Shown here piece by piece: positions 8,603 to 17,854 of a stretch of DNA of 31,394 nt; the first letter of the stretch is position 1, and the number at the start of each line of letters is the position of its first letter. The position numbers were made by a program, and so were the translations under genes. The notes beneath the pieces are model-generated. The model had not been told where the DNA came from, ran no database searches, and saw only the letters and a program-made list of their open reading frames with translations. Source of the DNA: a virus (lineage: Duplodnaviria > Caudoviricetes); IMG/VR virus record IMGVR_UViG_3300014877_000004, positions 1 to 31,394 of that record; one strand, written 5' to 3'.

Positions 8603-9728
8603 CAACACCGGCAGCCTGTTGACCAGGTGTCTGCATGATCTTACCCCTACGGTGACTTAAGTCCTCAGCATCTGCTGAGGCAAACATACCACTAGACATT
8701 GGAACCTTAGTAAATAAGGTATTGGAAGCCTTCATAAGAGCCGACTGAAGACTCTGAAGAACGAAGGCGGCTGCTCCAAAGGCTTTCTTTGCCTGGGCAG
8801 TAATCTTTTCGTTGGAAGCCTTCTTGGCATCACCCCAAAGAGCCAGGAGACTATTAACATAGGATTCCAGGGCATCCTCAACGGCTGAAACGTCACTGAG
8901 TTTCACGGTTGAGAGTCTCTTTCTGTTGGCATCTACTGCCTTTAGCTTGGTTACTACTGCCTGGGCTGCTCCACCCTGGGACATTCCCCTGAGGTCATCT
9001 ACCGACAACTTCTTGAAGGGACCAAAAAACTCCAGAAGGGCTTTCTTGTTATCAAGGTGGGCATACTCCTTGAGTGGAGCCAGCTTCTTGAGGTAGGAAC
9101 TTGAACTTTCAGAAAGACGTTTCTGCTCAGAGGCAATGAAACGAATTTCCTTCAGGGCTGCCTCTGTGATGAACTTTCGAAGCTGTTCTGTGGTGAGGCG
9201 AAGTTGTTTTGCTGGAGCAGACTTAGTCATTTTTTTGTAGTACCTTTTTGCCGCTGCACGCTCTTCTGGATCGGTGAGCATGGAATCTATGACAAGATTC
9301 ACCCCATAAGTATCAGTCATTATGGCGGGTTTAACATTTTTGTTTCTAGAAAGCAATAGACTGAGAAGGCTTTGGGCTTTCTCAATCGACATGTTCTTTT
9401 TCATGGCCTCGATTGCTAACTTACTCTGTTGGGCCAATACCTTGAAAAGAGCCGGGTTTGACTTACGGAGAGTGCGATAATACTCAAAGGATCTTCTGGC
9501 AGACCCTTCCTTGAGGTCTTGTTCCTCCTTGGTCTTCTTGCTCTTCATGTCATCCGGGAGGTCCTTTTCGATTCTGAAGTTCAGTAAGGATTTTCCGTTA
9601 ATGGTTGGCTGACCAATTGAGTCCTTGCCAATGGACTTTACAATGATTCTCTTGTTCTTCCATTTCCCGCCCAGAACAATGTCACCGACCTTTAGGTCAA
9701 GGGCAATCTTTTCTGTGATGGGGATCAT
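8553..9728 (-). CDS. Hypothetical basic protein, possibly virion-internal; start probably ATG 9728
   Basis: Long ORF with TATTTA motif just upstream, an internal LRLTTEQLRKFITEAALKE motif, and several L-x-E sites. Confidence 0.7.
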   Translation of the reverse strand: MIPITEKIALDLKVGDIVLGGKWKNKRIIVKSIGKDSIGQPTINGKSLLNFRIEKDLPDDMKSKKTKEEQDLKEGSARRSFEYYRTLRKSNPALFKVLAQQSKLAIEAMKKNMSIEKAQSLLSLLLSRNKNVKPAIMTDTYGVNLVIDSMLTDPEERAAAKRYYKKMTKSAPAKQLRLTTEQLRKFITEAALKEIRFIASEQKRLSESSSSYLKKLAPLKEYAHLDNKKALLEFFGPFKKLSVDDLRGMSQGGAAQAVVTKLKAVDANRKRLSTVKLSDVSAVEDALESYVNSLLALWGDAKKASNEKITAQAKKAFGAAAFVLQSLQSALMKASNTLFTKVPMSSGMFASADAEDLSHRRGKIMQTPGQQAAGVARAVTSGGGPGGPGIR

Positions 9729-9741
9729 AAGGGTTAAATAG

Positions 9742-9781
9742 GAGAGCCCCAAACGAATGGCAAGAAACGTAAGGGGCTCTC
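9742..9781 (-). terminator. Hairpin after the tail tube gene, possible terminator or processing site
   Basis: GAGAGCCCC...GGGGCTCTC 9 bp inverted repeat 21 nt after the tube stop. The U-tail is weak (CTATTT). Confidence 0.45.
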
Positions 9782-9802
9782 ACTTGAATCAAACCTGGTA
9801 TC

Positions 9803-10294
9803 TTAGTATTGAAGAACCATGTTGTCGAATCTGATGGTCAGAGAAATTTCAGCTAGGTCACCCTCAGCCTCGTAGGACAGGTCACCAAAGTTTGCTTCCG
9901 TTACGAAAGCTCCCTTTACGTCCCAAAGCTGGATGGTTGTGCCAACGGGATCAAGCATCTTGATCTGAATGTCTCTCTTGTAGAAGTCTGCATAACCTGC
10001 ACGGCCAGAGACAGACTCGAAGCAAAGTCGAATCCACTCCATAACCTGCTGGGCTCCTGATGGAGCAATGGGATCATACAGCGTAAGTGCTAGGGTACCG
10101 AACTTGGTCTTACCAGCAATGTAGCGAGTTGAGTTGATCCACGGAATAGCAATTTCTTCCGTTGTAATCTGTGGACGAGCTGCGGTTTTGATCAAAAAGC
10201 TGTCAATACCCTCAATAGCAAATACGAATCGACGTTTTGCGATGGGCTCAAACTTAGTTGGCAACATGTCGGTGACTGATAGTGTATCTGCCAT
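9803..10294 (-). CDS. gp19: Tail tube protein (T4 gp19 family); start probably ATG 10294 (MADTLS)
   Basis: FEPIAKRRFVFAIEG, LTLYDPIAPSGAQQVMEW, GRAGYADFYKRD, W..KGAF...NFGDL. Downstream of the sheath genes. Confidence 0.9.
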   Translation of the reverse strand: MADTLSVTDMLPTKFEPIAKRRFVFAIEGIDSFLIKTAARPQITTEEIAIPWINSTRYIAGKTKFGTLALTLYDPIAPSGAQQVMEWIRLCFESVSGRAGYADFYKRDIQIKMLDPVGTTIQLWDVKGAFVTEANFGDLSYEAEGDLAEISLTIRFDNMVLQY

Positions 10295-10344
10295 GGGACT
10301 CTCTATACCTTTTCTTCTGTGTAAATATACGCCTTCTAGGAAGT

Positions 10345-11415
10345 TCAACCTACAAATTTACCGCCGAGTTCAACTGGAATCCAGGTAGCTAAACGAGGAT
10401 TTCTAGTTAGAAGCTTGGCTGCGGTCTTTCTCGTCCTACTAAGGTCCTTGAATAACTGTAGGTCTTGGCCGAGATTTCCTAGGGAACGTTCCATGCTGCG
10501 AATGATGCCAATTCCTTCCTTGGCACCAATACCCTCTTCTTTTTCCATACGGCTTAAAACATCAGGCCAGGTTTTGAAAAGAAGGGAATCTCCAGCCCTG
10601 ATCTTCTTGAGGAGGGTAATTTCCTCGGAGAAAACCTTGTCTTCCTCAGAAAGAGAACCTGTCTCTTGCTCATTGAGAGAACTGTGTTTCTTGGCCAGGT
10701 GTTGGATCATTACCTTCTTTTCGGCAATTTCCCGGTCAACAAGTTGGAGGGCGATCTTTAGGTCATAGTCCTTGGGATTATTCTCAAGTTCAGCCTTGAT
10801 GGTGTCCCTGAGTTCTTCTGCCTCGACCATGGAGTCAGCAACCTGTTTGACAAGGTCCATTGTTCTGGACTCCCTACCAAGGGAATTCATGTCTGGTGGG
10901 TTACCCTCAATCATGTCCTGCTCTCCAATTACGGGAGCTGGGGCATCAATAAAGGCTGTCTGGGAGTGCTGAAGTTCCTCGTCATTGTCCTTGCCTTCGA
11001 AACTGTCCCACTTGTGTTCGTCTTCCTCGGTCCAACCTGGATCCTGGACCTCATCTTCAAAAGGAGAATCCTGGTCATCCTCTTCAGGACCATCCAACAG
11101 CCATCCTTCATCGTTGAAATCTCTTTCCTGAGTGGAAAGCTCTGCGGGGTCATCTCTTAGGTCTTCAATAGAAGACCAGATTTCAGCATCATCAACAGCC
11201 CTTCTGGTTGAAGGTCCGCCCTCATCCATGTCTGTCATGCTGTCCGTGGGACGATAACCAGGAAGCTCTCCGGGTTGTCTTGGGTCTGGTGGAGGCACTG
11301 TGTCGTCTTCAGACATGCCAGCAATACCGCACTCCTCAATTCCAAAACCATATTCCTTGAGTTCCTGCACTCTCTCCTCTGAGAGAATACCGTGATTTGT
11401 GTAAATAAACCTCAT
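10345..11415 (-). CDS. Acidic hypothetical protein with a coiled-coil C-terminal half, possibly a head core/internal protein
   Basis: 356 aa ORF with a D/E-rich disordered N-half, co-oriented in the structural operon. Function is inference. Confidence 0.65.
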   Translation of the reverse strand: MRFIYTNHGILSEERVQELKEYGFGIEECGIAGMSEDDTVPPPDPRQPGELPGYRPTDSMTDMDEGGPSTRRAVDDAEIWSSIEDLRDDPAELSTQERDFNDEGWLLDGPEEDDQDSPFEDEVQDPGWTEEDEHKWDSFEGKDNDEELQHSQTAFIDAPAPVIGEQDMIEGNPPDMNSLGRESRTMDLVKQVADSMVEAEELRDTIKAELENNPKDYDLKIALQLVDREIAEKKVMIQHLAKKHSSLNEQETGSLSEEDKVFSEEITLLKKIRAGDSLLFKTWPDVLSRMEKEEGIGAKEGIGIIRSMERSLGNLGQDLQLFKDLSRTRKTAAKLLTRNPRLATWIPVELGGKFVG

Positions 11416-11425
11416 GGTAGGTGTG

Positions 11426-11671
11426 TTACTTCTTAGCTTGTTGGCCGCTTAGAACTTCCCTGATGATTTCCTTGAGTTGTTCTAGAGTAAGCTTGGTAGG
11501 TGTTGGAGTTGGGGCAGTTGGCGTAACCACACCAGCGCCGGTTGCTGCCTGTTCGGCAAGCTTCTTTTTCTGTGCGGCTTTGGCCTTAAGGACTTTTTCC
11601 TGTAACTTTTTTTGCTCTACAAGAACCGCTTCCTTAATCATTCTCTTGAGCTGTTCAATGGTAAGTTTCAT
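11426..11671 (-). CDS. Small protein, 81 aa, with a duplicated KLTxEQLKxxIxE motif joined by an Ala/Pro/Thr linker
   Basis: MKLTIEQLKRMIKEAV ... PTAPTPTPT ... KLTLEQLKEIIREVL. Starts 6 nt after the sheath stop. Confidence 0.75.
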   Translation of the reverse strand: MKLTIEQLKRMIKEAVLVEQKKLQEKVLKAKAAQKKKLAEQAATGAGVVTPTAPTPTPTKLTLEQLKEIIREVLSGQQAKK

Positions 11672-11677
11672 ACGTTA

Positions 11678-14671
11678 TTATCCTTGTCCAAAGTTATTGG
11701 CACTGTTGATTACGAAGTCAATGCTGAGGAATTCCAGAGTTCTGGTTGGGACAACGAAAATCTTGCCACGGATGGTCTTGTTTTCGAAGTCTGCCTGAGT
11801 TGTGGTGGTCGTGTCAATTTGAACGGTGAAACGGTCAACGCCTCTCTGGTCCTGAATTCTCTTCAGGACTGGGGTTACAAGCTGTGAGAACCTTGCAAGT
11901 GTCTCTGGTAGACCCTGTTCGAAGACGATACGGTCGGAAATACGACGTACCGACCTACGAATAGACAGAAGAAGACGACGAACGTTTACTCTGTCCAGGG
12001 CAGACTCGGTTGCATATAGGGTTTTCTGCCCCCAGACAACCACACCATTCGACCCTGCAAAGGAGACGATTGGGTTGATGTTGACCTCATAAAGGTCATC
12101 CATGTTGGTTCTGGAAAGTCTGATTGCTGCATCGGTCGTGGTATCCAGGGCGCCTCTTGCGAAGCCGGCTGGGGCGAACCATGGGAAGGATACTGCATCA
12201 TTGTGTGCGAAGGCACCTAGAACTGCCACAGAGGCAGGAACGTTACGAGCCGTATCTGTAATGGTGTCCCTAAGAACAACATCTGGGAAGTAGGCTGCTC
12301 CGAAGGAGGAGTTGATTCCTCTGTCACGGAAGTTGGTCGTGGAATAACGGACGCTCAGCGTCTGTTGACTTGAGGTAACCAACGTGTTGTTGGTGTCGTA
12401 ATTCTCGATATCCATCAAGTAGAGGGCATCGAATCTGTTTTCTGCAACCTGAAGGGCCCTGTCAGTGATAACAGGGTTTCTGATGCCAGGGATGGCCATC
12501 AATTGCATGTCAACTTCATTGACGTCAGAGATGAGGTCCAGGGCTGTGTTGTAGCTTACAACCGTAGGTCCGAGAGAACCACCACGTGAGGAATTCTCAA
12601 CCTCTTGGGTTACAGCGGTGTTGGTTAGGAAGTTTTCGTCTCTATTGAAGATACGAACGCCATCGAAACCGCCCTGAAGGAAGAAGGAAAACTTTGCTAG
12701 CTGACGACTTGTTGGGTCAGCAAGGTCTGCTGCCGTAAGGGCTCTAGTAAGAGCGGAGCTATCAGTTGTAACGTTGCCCTGTCTTACGTAACTCCAGCTT
12801 GTGATGAGAGTCACATTTGGGAGATTAGTAGAGGCATTGTAGTTGATTCTGATGTTCTCAAGGGAGAATAGGTTGTTGTTGAACCTATCGGCATCCATGA
12901 TACCGTTAGTCGTGGTATCTACAGTACCTTCGTTGTTGCTTACAACCACATTTACGAAATCCGTGTGGAAATCAGGGAAGTAGGAAGTAAAGCTCTGGAT
13001 GGTGCTTTCCAGGAGAACGCTTTTGTTTGGTTCCGCCGGGTCAACCTTACGTTCAAACTGAACACCCCAGTAAAGACCCTTGTCTATGGTTTTATTTGGA
13101 GTAGTACCACGTGTAAGATTCTCACGGAATGGGATAGGAGTCTGTACGGTGTTATAGAATGGGTTGGCACTTGAAAAGCCGCCAGCAAGTAGGTCAGAGA
13201 AAGCTGCAAATGGACCAGATCCTGAAGTTACAAGGTGAGGTGCGCCACGGAAACCGAAAGGAAGAGCAGTTGAGTCAACCTCGCCTGCATCCACGGCACT
13301 GGCAACCTCTACACGAATGTATTTGGAGTTATTTGGGTAGTTGCCCTCAGTTACAAGCTTTGCCTGTCCCTGGGCGGTGTCAAGATTGTAGAAAGTGCTG
13401 TAGTCACCGATCACACGGGCGACGTAGCGGCCACTTGAGGGATCCAGGGAAAGACCACGGTAACTCTCTAGGACAACACGGTTTTTGTCGTTATCCGAGA
13501 AGTCACGAACAAGAACGTCGAAGGTTCCATATAGGTTTGCATCCGACAGACTTGGGGCGATGTTCTCAACCGAAATTTTGATCCTGGAGTTTGTCCAGGT
13601 GCCGTCATCCAAAGCATGAATACGGAAGAGGTTTTGTGGCTTGCCACCAAATTTTTGGGAAGTAACCCATGGGGACTTCGCCGTACGATAACGGTCTTCA
13701 AAGTTCTCGAAGTTAGGGGCAATGCTAGAACCGCTGTTACGAGACTGAGATCCTGAAATAAGGAAGGCTGCCTTTTCGAAACCGGAGGCATTGCTGCTGC
13801 CACTCAAAACACCAGAACCAGTCACCACTGCAAAGGTTGGATGAATTACCCAGTCACTCTGTAGGACGTAACCTGCTTGCTCAAGCTTGAGAGGGTCTCT
13901 GTTTAGTAGCTGTCCAAAGTAGTTTGGAGCGGTTACATCAAAGGAGGCCGTGATAACATTGGGGTAAGTTGGATCAGTGTTCTTCAAACCATTGACAAGA
14001 AGGACGAATTCCTGACGGCTGGAATTGAGATTAACAGATCCAGTGACAGAGCCTACTGCATTAGACCAGATTGCTGGTAGAGACGAATTTGGTGTGTTTG
14101 AGGCAACCGTGGAAGAAGAGAGAGTAAGCAGAACACCACTGGCAGAGAAGATAACTCCCCTGACAACTGGAAGTCCAACCTGTCTAAGTCCTGCATCAGA
14201 GAATACGGTAGAGGAGTTAGACTGACTCATAATAGCGCCAAGGAACATGGTACGTCCCTCAATGCCACCTGCAACTGTATATGGGTTATTTCCAAGATTG
14301 CCACCTAGGCTTTCCTGAGGAAGCTGACTTCCAACAACCCAACCTGCTCCACGAACACGACCACGATTGATTCCGGTGTTTTCTCTCTTAAGTCCCTGAC
14401 CGACACCTAGGGTACGGATAAAGGTAGCTGCCTGGGCATTTCTAAGCCACTCTGAAATAGCCAGAGGACCATTTGCCTGATCGGTTGTCGGCGATCCAAA
14501 CTTTACGACGAAGTCCTGCATTGTTGCCAAGGTAAATGGCACGAAAGCAGGTCCCTTCTGTGAGGTACCGATAATACCGGCAGGAATGCCCACTGGACGA
14601 ATACCAGTAGGGCCTGACAAGTTGATTGTCCTTGCCGAAACTCCTGCGCTTCTAAAATTGATTTGAGTCAT
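11678..14671 (-). CDS. gp18: Tail sheath protein, paralogue 2 (997 aa)
   Basis: N-terminal SAGVSARTI...GIIGTSQKGPAFVP...DFVVKFG. C-terminal PWFAPAGFARG, INPIV, VVWGQKTL, LDRVNVRRLL, EFLSIDF. Confidence 0.93.
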   Translation of the reverse strand: MTQINFRSAGVSARTINLSGPTGIRPVGIPAGIIGTSQKGPAFVPFTLATMQDFVVKFGSPTTDQANGPLAISEWLRNAQAATFIRTLGVGQGLKRENTGINRGRVRGAGWVVGSQLPQESLGGNLGNNPYTVAGGIEGRTMFLGAIMSQSNSSTVFSDAGLRQVGLPVVRGVIFSASGVLLTLSSSTVASNTPNSSLPAIWSNAVGSVTGSVNLNSSRQEFVLLVNGLKNTDPTYPNVITASFDVTAPNYFGQLLNRDPLKLEQAGYVLQSDWVIHPTFAVVTGSGVLSGSSNASGFEKAAFLISGSQSRNSGSSIAPNFENFEDRYRTAKSPWVTSQKFGGKPQNLFRIHALDDGTWTNSRIKISVENIAPSLSDANLYGTFDVLVRDFSDNDKNRVVLESYRGLSLDPSSGRYVARVIGDYSTFYNLDTAQGQAKLVTEGNYPNNSKYIRVEVASAVDAGEVDSTALPFGFRGAPHLVTSGSGPFAAFSDLLAGGFSSANPFYNTVQTPIPFRENLTRGTTPNKTIDKGLYWGVQFERKVDPAEPNKSVLLESTIQSFTSYFPDFHTDFVNVVVSNNEGTVDTTTNGIMDADRFNNNLFSLENIRINYNASTNLPNVTLITSWSYVRQGNVTTDSSALTRALTAADLADPTSRQLAKFSFFLQGGFDGVRIFNRDENFLTNTAVTQEVENSSRGGSLGPTVVSYNTALDLISDVNEVDMQLMAIPGIRNPVITDRALQVAENRFDALYLMDIENYDTNNTLVTSSQQTLSVRYSTTNFRDRGINSSFGAAYFPDVVLRDTITDTARNVPASVAVLGAFAHNDAVSFPWFAPAGFARGALDTTTDAAIRLSRTNMDDLYEVNINPIVSFAGSNGVVVWGQKTLYATESALDRVNVRRLLLSIRRSVRRISDRIVFEQGLPETLARFSQLVTPVLKRIQDQRGVDRFTVQIDTTTTTQADFENKTIRGKIFVVPTRTLEFLSIDFVINSANNFGQG

Positions 14672-14707
14672 TCTCCAAACCCCAATTATTTCCTTTAACT
14701 ATACACC

Positions 14708-17700
14708 TTAGACAATCTGAACGCCATTTCTCGTGATGATAAAGTCGATAGCAATGAATTCAACAGCCTTCACTGGAAGAAGGAAGATCTTAGCATTGAT
14801 TCTGTTGTTTTCTCTATCAAGGTCAGAGTTGTTGGTACTGTCACAAATAACTTTGAACTGTTGCAGACCGCCTCTATTTTGGACGTTTGCCAAAACAGGA
14901 GTGACCTTGGAAACAAATTCCGTGTAAAGGTCAGGGGTAATCTGTTCCCAGATCAGTCTGTTTCCAATATCGATAATCTGACGCTGAACGTCGATCACCA
15001 TTCTTTGGACGTTGATACTATCCAGGGCTGTACCTGCGGCGTCAAGTGTCTTCTGGGAGAAGATTACATATCCCTCATTTGGAAACTTGACGATAGGGTT
15101 AACCCTTACCTGGTACATACGCTCACGCTCGGACTGCTTCAATCTCGTTCTCGTTAGGGAAACAAAGTTGAGGGCGGCACGATTAAATCCTGCTGGGGCG
15201 AACCATGGGTAGGCGACCTTGTCATTGAAGCTAAGGGCGCTCAGGGCTGCCACAGAGGCAGGAACCGTAACCTTACGACCAGTACGAGTGTCATCAATGA
15301 CAACGTCTGGGAAGTAAGGAGCCACGAAAGTGTTGTCAAGGGCACGGCTTTCAAAGTTGTCTGCCGTGTTCTCAACATCCAAGTAGGTCGAACTGTTTGC
15401 GGTTTCTCCGTCAAAGACTCTGTCTGCGTCGGAGTTGTAAACAGGAATATCCATAAGGAACATTGCTAGACCAAAGTTGCTGATAGCGTCAGAAACGTAG
15501 TCCGTTACGAATGGGTCTCTCTGTCCAGGGGTAACCAAAAGGTTGATATTGGAAGCGATAGGATCCGTGATAATGTCGGTTGCAACCCTGTAGGAGTTGA
15601 TTTGGTTGTTGTTGATACCAACACCGTTCTGGTTGAACTGGAAACCTGGGGACACAAAGGCAGAGTTAGAACCACCAAGAATGCTTCCACGTGCCTCTGT
15701 CGAGGTAGAACGGTCATCAAAGGCTGCTGCATGGGAGTCCATGATGTTGACACCATCGAAACCACCAAACAAGCAGGTAGTGAATTTTGCGTAATCCGTA
15801 AACTTGTTGAACAAGGTAGCCTGAGTTCCACTGTGAATAAGGCTTGCCAGAGTCAAACGAGTGGTAGAACCGTCCGTGATCTTGTACTGAGTCACATCTG
15901 GAGTACCATTACGAATGTAGCATGCCTCTTTCATGTGGATGTTTGCAGAGGCCGTGATATCCGTAAATGCGGCGTTACCAAGAGCAACTCTTGCAAGGGT
16001 GAACTTGTTGTTGTTGAATTTGTCTGTGTAGGTTCCAGTTACAGGTACGTCAAGGAGAGCAATACCTGGGAACCTTGTAAGGCTAGGAATGAGTTGGTTA
16101 AGTTCACCATTGACGTTCGTGTTTAGAACGTCATTGTTGTTACGCTCGAATTTCACACCCCAGTAAAAGCGTGCATCCGTGATCTCCGAGGAACCTGGAG
16201 CACCAGTTAGCTGGCCAGAGCCAGTCGAAACCTGGCCACGAGTAACCTTGAAACGGTATGGAAGCGGAGGCAGAATGGATGCCAAAAGACGTGGGTCCAT
16301 GGTGCCCATTGCCCCGAGACGTTGGGCGGAAGAGAAACCACCGGATCCGGTGAGGTCTCCCAGAAGACTGTTGGTGTTCAGGACTTCTGGACCACGGAAA
16401 CCGAATGGAAGACTGGAAGCAGGAAGCTGCTGTAGTTCAACCTGTTCGTTGACAACAACACGAACATACTTGGAACGGTTGGCGTACTTACCTTCCTTGA
16501 TAAGGCGACGATCGTCTGGATTTTCAACATCAAAGTTGAAGTGAGTCTTGGTATCTCCCATAACCTTTCCGATGTAGAAATCAGAGTTAGGGTCAAGGGT
16601 AACATTTGAGAACTGCTCGATGATAGCTGGGTTTAGGTCGGTGTCATTGAAAAGACGAACCAGGATGCTAAACGTACCGTATGGGTTACGTGGATTAGTA
16701 GACGCCACCATGCTTACGATGGAGATTTTGACCTGAGTATTGGAATACTCTCCGTCATCAAGGGCCTCAATGTAAAAGAGGTTGTGTTCCGTGTTACCAA
16801 AAGGCTGCGAAATGAACCATGGGGTACGTGGAGTCTTGTATCGGGTATTGAACTTACCAAAGGCATTCCTGAAGATAAGGGCCGTGTCACCAGACGTTGT
16901 AGAAGTGTTCGCCGAACCAGAGGCAATAACAACTGCGTTAGAGCCGGTGGAAACGTGAGCAATTTCATTGTCCACAGCAAAGTCTGCATATAGGAAATGG
17001 CGCTCGGTCTCGAACTTAGCTGGGTCTCTGTTTAGGAGCTTGGCGAAGTAAAGGTCAGAGGTTGGGTCTAGGGAAGCTGTGTAGATACGAATTCCGGCGT
17101 TGCCATCATCAGAACCAAAGGTAGCACCCTGAGAAGTTGAAACAACTAGCTTAAAGGTACCATTTGAGGCAGACACAGTTGCTGCGTCGTCGGCAGCAAT
17201 GGACCACGATTCATTGTGGCTCAAAATCATGATACGCGTATCGTAAGCGGTGAAAATCTCACCACGAACAAGATTTACTTCGTCGATAGAACCAGTCTGA
17301 AGAAAGCTGCCATTGTCCGAAAACATAGGCATACCAAAAGCTTCAGAACCAGTCAGTTGGTGTTTTGCTACAAGGAATTGTACAGCGCCCTGGTGACGAG
17401 TATCACCTGGGGCTACGGTTCCGCTAACCATAAAGCCAGCGTTCTGTACCGTGCCTTTGGTACGGGTTGCCTCGAAGTCAGTTGTGGTAGTATTAACGCC
17501 TGCACCAAGAACACGAACGAAAGTTAGGGCAGTTTTGTTCTGAAGGAATTTTTCAACAGCGTATGGAGCGGCCAACTTAGGATCAACATCACCAAATTTG
17601 GTGATGAAATCACTGAATGAGCCGAGGGTTACTGGAACGAATGCTGGTCCTTTTTTAGCGGCACCAACAACTCCAGCAGGAATACCCACTGGCTCCGAGA

Positions 17701-17764
17701 CCCTCGCAGTGAGGTCAATTTCTCGGTCAAAGAAGCCAGGGAATTTAAAAACTTGATCTGCCAT
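14708..17764 (-). CDS. gp18: Tail sheath protein, paralogue 1 (1018 aa)
   Basis: FPGFFDREIDLT, GVVGAAKKGPAFVP, PWFAPAGFNR, VNPIV, QKTL, INVQR, EFIAIDFII. Confidence 0.93.
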   Translation of the reverse strand: MADQVFKFPGFFDREIDLTARVSEPVGIPAGVVGAAKKGPAFVPVTLGSFSDFITKFGDVDPKLAAPYAVEKFLQNKTALTFVRVLGAGVNTTTTDFEATRTKGTVQNAGFMVSGTVAPGDTRHQGAVQFLVAKHQLTGSEAFGMPMFSDNGSFLQTGSIDEVNLVRGEIFTAYDTRIMILSHNESWSIAADDAATVSASNGTFKLVVSTSQGATFGSDDGNAGIRIYTASLDPTSDLYFAKLLNRDPAKFETERHFLYADFAVDNEIAHVSTGSNAVVIASGSANTSTTSGDTALIFRNAFGKFNTRYKTPRTPWFISQPFGNTEHNLFYIEALDDGEYSNTQVKISIVSMVASTNPRNPYGTFSILVRLFNDTDLNPAIIEQFSNVTLDPNSDFYIGKVMGDTKTHFNFDVENPDDRRLIKEGKYANRSKYVRVVVNEQVELQQLPASSLPFGFRGPEVLNTNSLLGDLTGSGGFSSAQRLGAMGTMDPRLLASILPPLPYRFKVTRGQVSTGSGQLTGAPGSSEITDARFYWGVKFERNNNDVLNTNVNGELNQLIPSLTRFPGIALLDVPVTGTYTDKFNNNKFTLARVALGNAAFTDITASANIHMKEACYIRNGTPDVTQYKITDGSTTRLTLASLIHSGTQATLFNKFTDYAKFTTCLFGGFDGVNIMDSHAAAFDDRSTSTEARGSILGGSNSAFVSPGFQFNQNGVGINNNQINSYRVATDIITDPIASNINLLVTPGQRDPFVTDYVSDAISNFGLAMFLMDIPVYNSDADRVFDGETANSSTYLDVENTADNFESRALDNTFVAPYFPDVVIDDTRTGRKVTVPASVAALSALSFNDKVAYPWFAPAGFNRAALNFVSLTRTRLKQSERERMYQVRVNPIVKFPNEGYVIFSQKTLDAAGTALDSINVQRMVIDVQRQIIDIGNRLIWEQITPDLYTEFVSKVTPVLANVQNRGGLQQFKVICDSTNNSDLDRENNRINAKIFLLPVKAVEFIAIDFIITRNGVQIV

Positions 17765-17854
17765 TTGTTTCGTCCTCTTATTGCAGAATTGGGGCTATGC
17801 CTTTTCTCTTTCTAATTAGAGCCAAAACATCCGGTCATCCCTTTTAGTTGTAGA

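Noticed and set aside
11678-17764. Interpretation as a bacterial eCIS or tailocin locus because of multiple sheaths
   Set aside because: A gp23-like capsid gene and neck genes are in the same module, so this is a phage.
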